From an uncultured Gammaproteobacteria bacterium (GTDB lineage: Bacteria; Patescibacteriota; Microgenomatia; Levybacterales; UBA12049), in assembly GCA_964474445.1 (NCBI GenBank), contig CAYYSJ010000001.1, positions 14,530 through 78,529 on the forward strand: a stretch of DNA of 64,000 nucleotides, read 5' to 3'. The position numbers and the translations under genes were made by a program. Below the pieces are notes generated by a model that did no database searches, had not been told where the DNA came from, and saw only the letters and a program-made list of their open reading frames with translations. Of this stretch, positions 13,046 to 22,678 are shown in pieces (position 1 is the stretch's first letter; each line of letters opens with the position of its first letter).

Positions 13046-13825
13046 TTATAATCGTATCACAAAGAATGCCATGATAACTCCAGCTGCAATAATGGCAATG
13101 GTGATAGCAACATTTAAAATAATACCCATTTGAATAATTTTTCCAGCTAGTGGATTTCTTCCAATAGCCTCAATCCCCCGGTTTGCCGTTTGGCCAAAAA
13201 ACCAGAATCCAAACAGAAATGAGAGAACAATGATGAGTGCTGCAATAAAGTATTTGAGGACTTTTGTTGGTTCTTCATAAGTTGCTGTTGCTGAAAGCGT
13301 GAGAACATCAAAGATGCTATTGGTGACTGTTACCCTACTGGTGAAGTAATGGATACTTATTGAAACAGGAAGCTGAATAACATCATTTACATTGTTGGGT
13401 GCAAAATCAGTCAGTGCTGTTCCTATGACAAATCCTGAATGGGTTGCTTTCATCCCTACTCCTGGGATCGTTGAAGTTGTAATCAGATCTCCTTTTTTAA
13501 TCTTCCCATTTGAAGCAGAGACAAGAACATACGTATTTCCGGCTGATGCAACTGGATAGCTGTCTTTTTGTGGGATAACGATGGCAACAGCTGGAGCATC
13601 GGTGACAACACCAATGACGAGTGGATCGTATGCACGGGTTGAGAGTTTGTAGCCGGAATCAGTTGCTGAGACGAGTTTTCCTGTACTAATATTGCTCCCA
13701 GTTATTGGGACATATGTTGCAACACTCAAAGAATTTGTTCCAATGTCTGCAAACACACGATTTCCTTTGAGGAAAAAGATTCCGCATACAAAAATAATAA
13801 GGAAAATGGGCAGTAATTTTCTCAT
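13046..13825 (-). CDS. c-subunit-like hairpin fused to an exported autochaperone-like beta domain
   Basis: Signal peptide (…RVFA/D); beta domain similar to the giant protein's C-terminal domain; C-terminal TM-GIEAIGRNP-TM hairpin; sits at the atpE position; no acidic residue in helix 2. Confidence 0.8.
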   Translation of the reverse strand: MRKLLPIFLIIFVCGIFFLKGNRVFADIGTNSLSVATYVPITGSNISTGKLVSATDSGYKLSTRAYDPLVIGVVTDAPAVAIVIPQKDSYPVASAGNTYVLVSASNGKIKKGDLITTSTIPGVGMKATHSGFVIGTALTDFAPNNVNDVIQLPVSISIHYFTSRVTVTNSIFDVLTLSATATYEEPTKVLKYFIAALIIVLSFLFGFWFFGQTANRGIEAIGRNPLAGKIIQMGIILNVAITIAIIAAGVIMAFFVIRL

Positions 13826-13831
13826 AGTCTC

Positions 13832-16800
13832 TTACAGTTTATTTTTTACAATAAACCAATCAAAATGGACATCAACTTGTTGAGGTGTACTCACCTGAAT
13901 CACAAACTTCCCATTTCCTTTTTGGGCGATCGATAATGGTGTAGTGATATTTGTTGTGGGGGTAATAAAGACTTTGTCTGATGCTGTCATAGCTGGTGTA
14001 TCAACTTCCACACTGGTAGATCCCTGTGGAATAACTGCAGAACCAATAGAGGTTGTGCCTTTCACAACAAATTGCGTTGCCTGCACCGTTTGTGCTCCAA
14101 TAACACCTTGTGTTGTGATATTCCCTGATGTATCAATCGTAACAAGCCCATTAAGGAAATCAATACCACCAAGTCTTTGGTACTGGAGATATAAACTACC
14201 AGCAAGCGTATCAATCTTTCCTTCTAGACCATGGATAGTGATTAGGCCAGCACTCACGTTGCCGGTAATACCCAAATCTGTCACGGTTGTTCGACCCAAC
14301 ACATTTAACGTCTGTGAAATGGTCGCTGTATCTGCAACGAGTGGAACATTTTGCAGTTGTGAAGAAACTGATGCTGAGATAGGCATATTCAGAGAACTGG
14401 ATGTTGCTCCTGCATAGAAGCCTGGATCATACCATGCAGGTTGAACGGCAACCATAATTTGTCCATAGGTTCCTTGCTGATTGAAAGATTCCATTGCATG
14501 GCCAACAATTTGTCCGGCACTTGTTGCTTTGACTAAAACGCCTGAGTCAGTTGCAATTGTGAGAGGATCACCTATACTGATGTTTCCTTGTGCTGTTGAA
14601 ACTTTTGCTAGTAACTGTCCAACAAGACCAACGAGGGTGAAGTTTGGATCACCAGCATGGTTGCCTCCTCCAACAAATGATGGGTGGGAAGAGATGATGC
14701 CTACAATACTTTTTCCGCTAATGCATTTGGTCACACCGCCAGTTACATCAAGACAAACAGTATCCCCTGGGACTAATGATTCGTTCACATCCTTCTTTGG
14801 GAAGTATTCAGCCATATCCAAGCCATTACCATTGTATGAGACACCGGTTCCTCCATTCGAGTCAATAGACCCTTGTGATTCACCCTTGCCATTTAAGAAT
14901 CTAATAAAGTTATTCCCGTTATTCTGAGTTGTCGGGACAGTACCGTTACCAGTGAAGCCAAGTTTGACGATAAGGCCACCACTATTGGCAGTAGTATTTG
15001 TGTTATAGATTTGGGCAGCTGCTGTTGCTGAAAAGTTTCCTTGCAGATCAAGGTTATACATTGGATTCGTTGTCCCAAGTCCCATATATCCGTTTCGTGT
15101 CAGAACAAATCTGGTCAGACCTGATGAGGAGGCAGTCATCAGATCTCCAACGCCTGACTGATCAACAATAAAAGATGAGAAACTTGTTGACCCAGAAACT
15201 GAAGCAATTGGTAATGTCCCAAAGGCAAAATTCCCGTTAAATCCTTGTGCAGATCTCAGATCAAACGTTGCTTTTGGATTTGATCCTCCAGCGTCATTCA
15301 CTGTTACAAATCCATCGAAAGAATGCTGGGCAGACTGGAAATCAGCGAACCAATTGCTATTGCCTGAGTAGTAGAAATATGGAGCGTTGATACCACCATA
15401 TTGGTTCACAACGAAGTTTCCATCAGCTGCCCGAATTTGATTCACTCCATTCCCATTTGTCCCGACATCCAAAATAGCAAAAGGGTTACTGGTATCAGCG
15501 TTCCTGATACCAACATTTCCATTACGATTAATGGTAAATTTCGCAACTCCAGATAAGGAAGCAGTAAAGATGTCTCCTAGCCCCTGATCATTCACCACAA
15601 GCGCTGCTTTCCCACCACCATTTGGCTGTACAACAACATCCCCAATACCTGTACCTTGCCCAAGAGTGATATTCCCCGTTCCAGAAGAGAGCAGTGTTAA
15701 TCCGGCATTGGAGGAAGTCTGAATTGTAGAACTGGATCCATTACCAATTGTTACTGTTGTGCCTTTAACAGTAAGCCCACCAGCAAGAGTTACATTGCCT
15801 GAACCATCATCAAGAACGTTGTTAAAGGTATCGATCGTGTTGTTCGCGTAAATAGTAAATGCTGTACTACCCAAACCATTTGCTGATTGGGCAGAGTTAA
15901 GAACACCAAAGATTGGATCTGTTGTCCCACTCACACTTCCTCCAATACCAAGTCCTTTGTAGTATCCACCAACAGTAGATGTGCCAGAAGGAGCAGGAAG
16001 TTGCTGGGAAATACCATAATAGAGACTTTGAGTTGGCCAGTAGATACCAAACCAGTCATTTGAATTGCCGCCATTCACACCTGCCGTGTAGGAGTGGACA
16101 AATGCGCCGTTTGTCGTTGGACTTGCCCCTAAGACCACAGTGTAATGTTTCGCTGAAGTATTATTGTTGGGGACATCAACCTGTAACCCAATGTCGGTAT
16201 TGGCAAGTGAATTGCCAGTATCGTTGAGTGAGAGATACCCTCCATATGCAGTATCTGCATTCGTTGCTGGTGTATTTGTGACCGTTTCATAAAGACCATA
16301 GCCTGTTGCAGATGAAGTTGTCGTGGCAATAGTACCTGTACTACTTATACCCTTTCCTCCAGAGGTCGTGATAGTTGGCCAGTTCAGTGTTAGTAAGCCA
16401 TTTGCGGTGATATTGCCATTGTTGGCAATGGTAAATTTAGTTGTTCCAGAAACAGAGGCAGTGAAGAGATCACCCAAGCCAGAGTTATCAATAACAAGTC
16501 CCGCAAAAGAAGTTTTCCCTGATAATGAGGCTATTGGAGTTGTTCCTAAATTGCCTCTGACATCAAGGGTTGCAAGAGGAGAAGTTGTTCCAATCCCTAA
16601 GTTACCACTTGCGTCAATTCTAAAGCGTTCTATATTATTTGTCGCTAAAATAATTGGTCCATTGAGATAGTTCCAAAATCCCAGAGCATTTGTGTAAGGA
16701 GAGGCCCATCCGCTGCTCGCGAGAAAAAGAGATGCTCCTTTAGTACCAGCTCCAACACCGAGGTCATTATATAATGATATTCTTGTTTCTGCACTACTTC

Positions 16801-19800
16801 CATTGTTCGGATTATTAGCAACGATAGTATCAGCTGTGGGGATTCCATTGTTATTGTAATAAATTTCTAAAGGTCCATGTGGTGTCGTTGTTCCAACTCC
16901 CATATTGCCAGAAGAATCAACGGTAACCAAATTTGTTGCTCCGTTAATATTGCCGGTTATGTGGAACTTATTATCCGTCCCAATATTCGTACCAAAGGAA
17001 TATGTGCCGTTTAAAAACCATGTTCCTGCAAGAGTATTGGTGTTTGTACTATAGAATTGTCCAATTGCTCCACTTGCAGCTTGCACGGACAGCAATTGTG
17101 GTGGGGTTGTTACTCCAATTCCTACGTTTCCGTTTTGTGTTATCACAAATCTACTTAAGCCTGATGATGAGGCAGTGAAGAGATCACCCAAGCCAGAGTT
17201 ATCGATAACAAGTCCCGCAAAAGAAGTTTTCCCTGATAATGAGGCTACGGGAGTTGTTCCTAAGTTACCTCTGACATCAAGCGTTGCAAGAGGAGAAGTT
17301 GTTCCAACACCAACAGTTCCACTCCCTGAGAAAGTGAGGTTGAATCCAGAGAGAGGAAGATCCGTATTGCCCGTTAACCCTCCACCCAACTTGATCGTGT
17401 TACTAGTTCTGGTCAAACCATTATTAAAGGTAAGAGGTACCTCATAATCTGTGCCAGATGTTGCAATAGCAAGTGTTCCGTTTCCGCTTGTAGTTTTAAT
17501 AAGACCATTCGTTGAAAGACTGGAGAATTGGATAGTTCCAGAAGAGGTAAGACCGGTTAGACCAGTAAGGGTTCCTGTTGCAACAAGATTTCCGTTATTC
17601 CCAATGGTAAATTTCGTTGTTCCAGAAGCAGAAGCTGAAAAAATATCATTGGCAGATGCCCCTGTTTGGTTAACGATGAATGCTGCGTTCCCACCAGTAT
17701 TCCCTCCTTGGACATGAAGCACTGCTTTTGGAGATGAAAATCCTCGTCCAATGGCCATCCAATTTGGATTAGGATTGATATAAAAAGGAGAAAAGCCATT
17801 TGCATCAAGGAGTGTGAAATCACCTGGTGTATTTGCGTTCAGATTAAACGTCCATTCATACGGTATCCCTCCCGTTGCCTGAGCGAGTGTCAGTAGATTC
17901 GGACCGGTACTATTTTCGATAATCATATTATGATTTGTCGTTGCTGTTACGAAGTGGAAAGGTGCACATGCTTCATTGGCACCTGTTCCTTTACAAGTTC
18001 CACCAGAGTATACAGAAGTTCCTGTCCCGAGTTTAAGAAAGGAATTCGTTGTGTCAAAATTGATAAGCGGAGTTCCTGATGAATTGGCAATCTGAAGACC
18101 AGTTGTACTATCAGAGCTTGGCTTCCACTGACTTCCTGCAGCAGAGGTCAGATTGCCATTAAGCGTGAGTGCGGCAAATGTCGGCGAGGAAGTCGTTAAC
18201 AAATTTTGATTTATACTTGTACTTCCTGTTAATGTCAATGTGTTTCCTCCTCCAGTTAAGGTAATATTAGATCCGGTTACTGTTAATGTTCTGGATGTTG
18301 TACCTCCTGCAACGGTAAAACCATCTGCTGCAGAGGTTAAGGTTAACCCATTGACGGTACTGGATGTCGCAAGCGGACCACTCACGGTTGTTGTCACGCC
18401 TGATCGTCCGATTGTCACACCATTTGCATTTGTTGTCCCAATATTGATTCCTGCTGCTCCTCCTGCATCAAGGGTGAGGGCTGTTGCTCCTCCGGAAGTA
18501 ACTGACAGTGCTCCAGATCCCGTAATATTCCCGCCAGCAGTAAAGGCAGGCAGGGTTAACCCAGTCGTTGTTACTGTTCCATTGATGGCTGGAGCTGTTA
18601 ATGTCTTATTTGTTAATGTCTGGGTTGCTCCGATACCAACAACAGTATCGGTTGCAGTTGGGAATGTCATGGTTGTCCCATCGGTACCTGCTAAGGTTAA
18701 GGTATTGCTCACTGTTAATGTTTTAGATGTTGTTCCACCAGCAATACCAAACCCTGTTGCATTTGCCGTAAGAGTAAGACCATTAATCGCACCGAAACTT
18801 GAAATGGTTGGAGAACCAGACCCAGTAATATTGCCACTGGCAGTAAAGGCAGGCAGCGTTAATCCTGTCGTTGCGACTGTTCCATTGATGGTTGGAGCAG
18901 TTAGTGTTTTATTTGTCAGTGTCTCTGTCCCCGCAAGTGTTGCAAGTGTGCCTGTTGTCGGAAGGTTCACATTGGTTGTTCCGGCAAGTGTCAGCGTTAC
19001 TGCTCCACCGGATGTTGTGAATGATCCTCCTAAGGATGTTGTTTGCCCATTCAATTGGTTTGCATTGATGATGCCTGAGTTTGTGTAGGTAATTGTCCCT
19101 CCTGTTCCAACGGTCATTGTTGCACTAACATTGGTGCCCGTTGTTATTTTATCAAAACTCACCGTAGAAAGAGATGCTGAGGAAACCCAGGAAGGTGCAC
19201 TTCCACTGCCATTTGACTGGAGAAGATATCCTGCAGTTCCTGGGGTAAGCGTTGTTGTCGTTGTTGCGCCTGTTGCATATAACACACCATTTGTTGTCAG
19301 GCCTGAGAGCCCCCCTGATGCATTAAACGTTATTTTTTTATTCGTTGTATCAGTATTTAAGGTAACACCTGTACCCGCTTGCAATGTGAACATATCGTTA
19401 TTTTTCCCGGCAGAAAACGAGTTTGTGCCATCACTTACTGTACCGAAAAAATTCGGGGTTGAAACAGTATTGGTAATTGTTGTTCCACTAATACTGATCC
19501 CACTTCCTGCTGTTAGTGTGACGTCTCCTGTTTGCCCTTGGAGTGAAGTAACCCCAGTATTTGTGATTGTTGGATGTTGTCCTCTTGTTATCCCAATACC
19601 TGTACCAGGGGTAACACTATAGACAATGTTTGAGGCTTTGAGAGATCCGTCAATGACAGTATCTCCGGTAATACTGAGTCCATTGGCAAATGTGACTGTA
19701 TTATTAAATTTTGCGGGAATACTAAACACAATCGTACCGTTTAAACTTTCTGGCACATCCTGTATACCAAGCACATCTTTCACTGAGGTAGGGCTGACAT

Positions 19801-20005
19801 TATGCATTTGCATGAGGACTTGGGTGAGCGGAACAGCACTGAGAAGAATGGCCAAGCCTCCTAACAACGACAAAACAAAAGAACGTCGCTGTTTTCTTCG
19901 TAATGACTCATGATTAGGAAAAGATGGGTTAACATTGGGAGAATTCGTATGAATCGCTTCAGATGAGTGCTGTAACAGCTGTTGAAAATAGGAAAAAAAA
20001 CGCAT
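13832..20005 (-). CDS. giant membrane-anchored tail-fibre/adhesin-like protein with a peptidase G2/intramolecular-chaperone-like domain
   Basis: About 2057 aa; basic RRKQRR then one TM helix; Gly/Thr/Ser-rich beta repeats, VTSLQGQTGDVTL, GNxGIGTTxP repeats, DMAEYF domain, C-terminal ...FDWFIV beta domain. Confidence 0.85.
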   Translation of the reverse strand: MRFFSYFQQLLQHSSEAIHTNSPNVNPSFPNHESLRRKQRRSFVLSLLGGLAILLSAVPLTQVLMQMHNVSPTSVKDVLGIQDVPESLNGTIVFSIPAKFNNTVTFANGLSITGDTVIDGSLKASNIVYSVTPGTGIGITRGQHPTITNTGVTSLQGQTGDVTLTAGSGISISGTTITNTVSTPNFFGTVSDGTNSFSAGKNNDMFTLQAGTGVTLNTDTTNKKITFNASGGLSGLTTNGVLYATGATTTTTLTPGTAGYLLQSNGSGSAPSWVSSASLSTVSFDKITTGTNVSATMTVGTGGTITYTNSGIINANQLNGQTTSLGGSFTTSGGAVTLTLAGTTNVNLPTTGTLATLAGTETLTNKTLTAPTINGTVATTGLTLPAFTASGNITGSGSPTISSFGAINGLTLTANATGFGIAGGTTSKTLTVSNTLTLAGTDGTTMTFPTATDTVVGIGATQTLTNKTLTAPAINGTVTTTGLTLPAFTAGGNITGSGALSVTSGGATALTLDAGGAAGINIGTTNANGVTIGRSGVTTTVSGPLATSSTVNGLTLTSAADGFTVAGGTTSRTLTVTGSNITLTGGGNTLTLTGSTSINQNLLTTSSPTFAALTLNGNLTSAAGSQWKPSSDSTTGLQIANSSGTPLINFDTTNSFLKLGTGTSVYSGGTCKGTGANEACAPFHFVTATTNHNMIIENSTGPNLLTLAQATGGIPYEWTFNLNANTPGDFTLLDANGFSPFYINPNPNWMAIGRGFSSPKAVLHVQGGNTGGNAAFIVNQTGASANDIFSASASGTTKFTIGNNGNLVATGTLTGLTGLTSSGTIQFSSLSTNGLIKTTSGNGTLAIATSGTDYEVPLTFNNGLTRTSNTIKLGGGLTGNTDLPLSGFNLTFSGSGTVGVGTTSPLATLDVRGNLGTTPVASLSGKTSFAGLVIDNSGLGDLFTASSSGLSRFVITQNGNVGIGVTTPPQLLSVQAASGAIGQFYSTNTNTLAGTWFLNGTYSFGTNIGTDNKFHITGNINGATNLVTVDSSGNMGVGTTTPHGPLEIYYNNNGIPTADTIVANNPNNGSSAETRISLYNDLGVGAGTKGASLFLASSGWASPYTNALGFWNYLNGPIILATNNIERFRIDASGNLGIGTTSPLATLDVRGNLGTTPIASLSGKTSFAGLVIDNSGLGDLFTASVSGTTKFTIANNGNITANGLLTLNWPTITTSGGKGISSTGTIATTTSSATGYGLYETVTNTPATNADTAYGGYLSLNDTGNSLANTDIGLQVDVPNNNTSAKHYTVVLGASPTTNGAFVHSYTAGVNGGNSNDWFGIYWPTQSLYYGISQQLPAPSGTSTVGGYYKGLGIGGSVSGTTDPIFGVLNSAQSANGLGSTAFTIYANNTIDTFNNVLDDGSGNVTLAGGLTVKGTTVTIGNGSSSTIQTSSNAGLTLLSSGTGNITLGQGTGIGDVVVQPNGGGKAALVVNDQGLGDIFTASLSGVAKFTINRNGNVGIRNADTSNPFAILDVGTNGNGVNQIRAADGNFVVNQYGGINAPYFYYSGNSNWFADFQSAQHSFDGFVTVNDAGGSNPKATFDLRSAQGFNGNFAFGTLPIASVSGSTSFSSFIVDQSGVGDLMTASSSGLTRFVLTRNGYMGLGTTNPMYNLDLQGNFSATAAAQIYNTNTTANSGGLIVKLGFTGNGTVPTTQNNGNNFIRFLNGKGESQGSIDSNGGTGVSYNGNGLDMAEYFPKKDVNESLVPGDTVCLDVTGGVTKCISGKSIVGIISSHPSFVGGGNHAGDPNFTLVGLVGQLLAKVSTAQGNISIGDPLTIATDSGVLVKATSAGQIVGHAMESFNQQGTYGQIMVAVQPAWYDPGFYAGATSSSLNMPISASVSSQLQNVPLVADTATISQTLNVLGRTTVTDLGITGNVSAGLITIHGLEGKIDTLAGSLYLQYQRLGGIDFLNGLVTIDTSGNITTQGVIGAQTVQATQFVVKGTTSIGSAVIPQGSTSVEVDTPAMTASDKVFITPTTNITTPLSIAQKGNGKFVIQVSTPQQVDVHFDWFIVKNKL
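16455..17307. repeat. 139-bp intragenic direct repeat (16455-16593 and 17169-17307)
   Basis: Both copies encode GTTSPLATLDVRGNLGTTP(I/V)ASLSGKTSFAGLVIDNSGLGDLFTAS; about 6 mismatches counted by eye. Confidence 0.9.
18513..18922. repeat. intragenic repeat with 303-bp offset (18513-18619 and 18816-18922)
   Basis: Both encode TLTNKTLTAP.INGTV.TTGLTLPAFTA.GNITGSG. Confidence 0.8.
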
Positions 20006-20142
20006 AAACAAATGCTAATACTACTTCTTTAGTGTGATAGAAAAAAAGCAAAGAGTCAAGCATTTTTAAATCTCTCCATATATAGTTTTTTGCTTCATTT
20101 CTCCCCTTTTTTCCATGCAGGAAATCGTGATATATAGAAAGT

Positions 20143-20706
20143 ATGAGAAGACCCCTTTTTGCTCTGATCATTATTCTTCTTACAGCGGTCCTTTTTGTAG
20201 CGATTCGTACACTTTCCAAACCTACTCCTATGACAATCCCTAAAAATAGCGGTACAATAGCATCATCTATGCAGATTACGAGTCCAGCGTTTGAGAATAA
20301 TGGATCCATTCCTTCTGTATATACCTGTGATGGAGCAGATGCCAATCCTCCTCTTGCGCTTTCCAGCGTTCCACAAAACGCAAAGAGTTTGGTCCTTATT
20401 CTTGATGATCCTGATGCACCAGGTGGAACATGGGATCATTGGATTGTTTTTAATATCCCACCAACTGTCAAAGAAATTCCAGAGAATAGTACTCCGCAAG
20501 GAGTCGAAGGTATGACAAGTTGGGGTAGGCCAGGGTATGGAGGTCCATGTCCTCCATCAGGGACACATCATTACCATATAAAACTCTACGCACTTGATAC
20601 AATGCTTTCTTTAACAAGATTTGCAACAAAAGCAGATGTAGAAGCCGCAATGAAGGACCATATCCTTGCGCAGTCAGAACTTGTTGGGTTATATAAAAGA
20701 CAATAG
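20143..20706 (+). CDS. YbhB/YbcL family (PEBP) protein with N-terminal anchor
   Basis: ITSPAF, YTCDG, DDPDAP.GTWDHW, GYGGPCPP.GTHHY, LYALD. Confidence 0.92.
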   Translation: MRRPLFALIIILLTAVLFVAIRTLSKPTPMTIPKNSGTIASSMQITSPAFENNGSIPSVYTCDGADANPPLALSSVPQNAKSLVLILDDPDAPGGTWDHWIVFNIPPTVKEIPENSTPQGVEGMTSWGRPGYGGPCPPSGTHHYHIKLYALDTMLSLTRFATKADVEAAMKDHILAQSELVGLYKRQ

Positions 20707-20803
20707 TATCCTCTTTCGTTACTCCTCGCGTTACAACAAAAAAGATACAAAGATAAAATTTCTCATTCCACTTTCATGTAATCTATGGGAAAATAAAGTA
20801 TTC

Positions 20804-21940
20804 ATGTGGAAATTTAAAAACAAGCATACAGGACATTGGCGAACCTATCTCCTCGTTGGTATCCCTCTTTTCATACTTGCTATTGCTAGCCTTTGGGCGT
20901 TCCTGTCTATTACTGTCTCTGCTGAGGTTGCAGACGATATTTTACGGCCTGTCATTGGAGAGAAAAATACCCTTGCTCTTGAAGCAGTGTTTTTTACCAT
21001 CCAAGATAAACTTGACGCAGGAAAATATTTCCTCTTAGGAATAAAGACAGGACCAATCGTAAGACCCGCTCCTTTAAGAATGGTAACAGTGAATACCGTT
21101 GATCAAATGGAATTGAGCACGATTCAACCAGAACCTGGACTTTCTCCACTTCCTGGAGAAGGGGTATGGGGTCCTCTGACACAGGATAATTATCCTGACC
21201 AAGATGTTATTGCAAAAGCATTTATTCGTCCAGATATAACACATCCGTATGCAGTTGTGTCTCTGGTAAAAATGGATATGAGAAAGCTTGGTATTGGAAC
21301 AGAGGCAGGTACCTATTATCCAGGAGGAATACACAAAATCTATGGGCCAGGGATTGTTCCAAAAACGACTCAAGCTTCACAAACTCTCCTTGCTGTTTTT
21401 AATGGTGGATTTCAGGAGAGAGATGGTCATTATGGGATGATTGTTGGAAATAGGACATACGTGCCGTTAAAAATGAATATGCCAACTCTTATGCTATATA
21501 CCAATGGGTCTCTTTCATTCACAACCTATACAGGTCAACCATTTTCTTCTGATGTTGCAGCGCTTCGGCAAAATGGTCCCTATCTTATTGAAAACGGCAT
21601 CATTACCCCATACGTTGAACACGGTATAGATACTTGGGGCAGAACAATTACAAACAGTATGTATACATGGCGTTCAGGACTTGGGATAACAAAAGAAGGA
21701 AATGTTATTTATGCGGCAGGGAATTCCCTTATCCCGCAAACACTTGCAAAAGCACTCCAAAAAGCAGGAGCAGTGAATGCAATTCAGCTGGATATCAATC
21801 CGCCATGGGTACGATTTATCACATATCAGAGTAACGGGAATGGACAATATGCCTTTTCCCCTCTTGTTCCCTCTATGCAGGGAGGAAGAGAATACTTACG
21901 TGGATACAGTAAAGATTTCTTCTATATTTATAGAAAATAA
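20804..21940 (+). CDS. phosphodiester glycosidase (NAGPA/DUF2233) family protein
   Basis: N-terminal TM, FNGGF, WRSGLG, AGAVNAIQLDIN motifs. Confidence 0.75.
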   Translation: MWKFKNKHTGHWRTYLLVGIPLFILAIASLWAFLSITVSAEVADDILRPVIGEKNTLALEAVFFTIQDKLDAGKYFLLGIKTGPIVRPAPLRMVTVNTVDQMELSTIQPEPGLSPLPGEGVWGPLTQDNYPDQDVIAKAFIRPDITHPYAVVSLVKMDMRKLGIGTEAGTYYPGGIHKIYGPGIVPKTTQASQTLLAVFNGGFQERDGHYGMIVGNRTYVPLKMNMPTLMLYTNGSLSFTTYTGQPFSSDVAALRQNGPYLIENGIITPYVEHGIDTWGRTITNSMYTWRSGLGITKEGNVIYAAGNSLIPQTLAKALQKAGAVNAIQLDINPPWVRFITYQSNGNGQYAFSPLVPSMQGGREYLRGYSKDFFYIYRK

Positions 21941-22078
21941 TCTTCGCAAAGCAAAGAGATTGAGAACGATACATACCGGAAGTACTTACTATGTTTTCTA
22001 TCGTATTCGGAAACATGACGGTTTTTTAAGATAAGAAGATCTTGTCAATGTCATATATGCTACGATTATCTCAAATAC

Positions 22079-22678
22079 ATGAAAACATACTTGTTTCCTA
22101 TTTATCTGACAGTATTATCTATACTATTTAGCATGCTTTCTCACCAGGCTTTTGCTCATTTTCCAGCAACTGATAACTCTATGACAGTAGAATTGCATGT
22201 TGATCCAGATGATAACCCGACCCCTGGGCAGCAAGCATATTTGTACTTTCTTTTTGATGATGCAACAAAAAGGTTTCAATTGTCTCAATGCAACTGTGTT
22301 GTCTCTATTTCAGAACAAGGAAGACAAATTTACCGTCAGAAACTTACCGAGAAAAAAGATACACGCCCTAGTATTTGGGGAGCAAGCCTCCCTTATGTTT
22401 TTCCACAACAAGACGTCTATCATATACAAGTGACAGGTGGTCCAACGGTTCAAAATACCTTTAAGCCATTTGATATCTCCTGGGATTTTCGAGTAGATCC
22501 TGATGGCTCTCCTGGTATTGTGAAAGGAGGCCCTTCTGATATTCAAATTCTTTTAGGAACAGCAATAGGAGGAGTTATCTTTCTAGGACTTTTTGGTTGG
22601 TTTATAAAAAAACAAATTATCGATAGCGAAGACGTAGACAATACAAAAAGTAACCATTACAATAAGAAAAGATCATGA
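22079..22678 (+). CDS. exported protein with N-terminal His and C-terminal TM anchor (putative metal-binding)
   Basis: Signal peptide AFA/H, HVDPDD motif, CxC, YVFP; coupled to the YcnI-like gene. Confidence 0.7.
   Translation: MKTYLFPIYLTVLSILFSMLSHQAFAHFPATDNSMTVELHVDPDDNPTPGQQAYLYFLFDDATKRFQLSQCNCVVSISEQGRQIYRQKLTEKKDTRPSIWGASLPYVFPQQDVYHIQVTGGPTVQNTFKPFDISWDFRVDPDGSPGIVKGGPSDIQILLGTAIGGVIFLGLFGWFIKKQIIDSEDVDNTKSNHYNKKRS

Noticed and set aside
16455-17307. 139-bp near-identical repeat as a possible DGR template/variable pair
   Set aside because: Mismatches are mostly synonymous and not adenine-specific, both copies are in frame within one gene, and no reverse transcriptase is present
13944-19913. 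Many 80-280 aa plus-strand ORFs opposite the giant gene
   Set aside because: Val/Pro-rich antisense shadows caused by the Thr/Gly codon bias of the real minus-strand gene
13832-20005. Giant tail-fibre-like gene as evidence of a prophage
   Set aside because: No capsid, terminase, portal or integrase genes; the gene has a membrane anchor and is coupled to the ATPase operon
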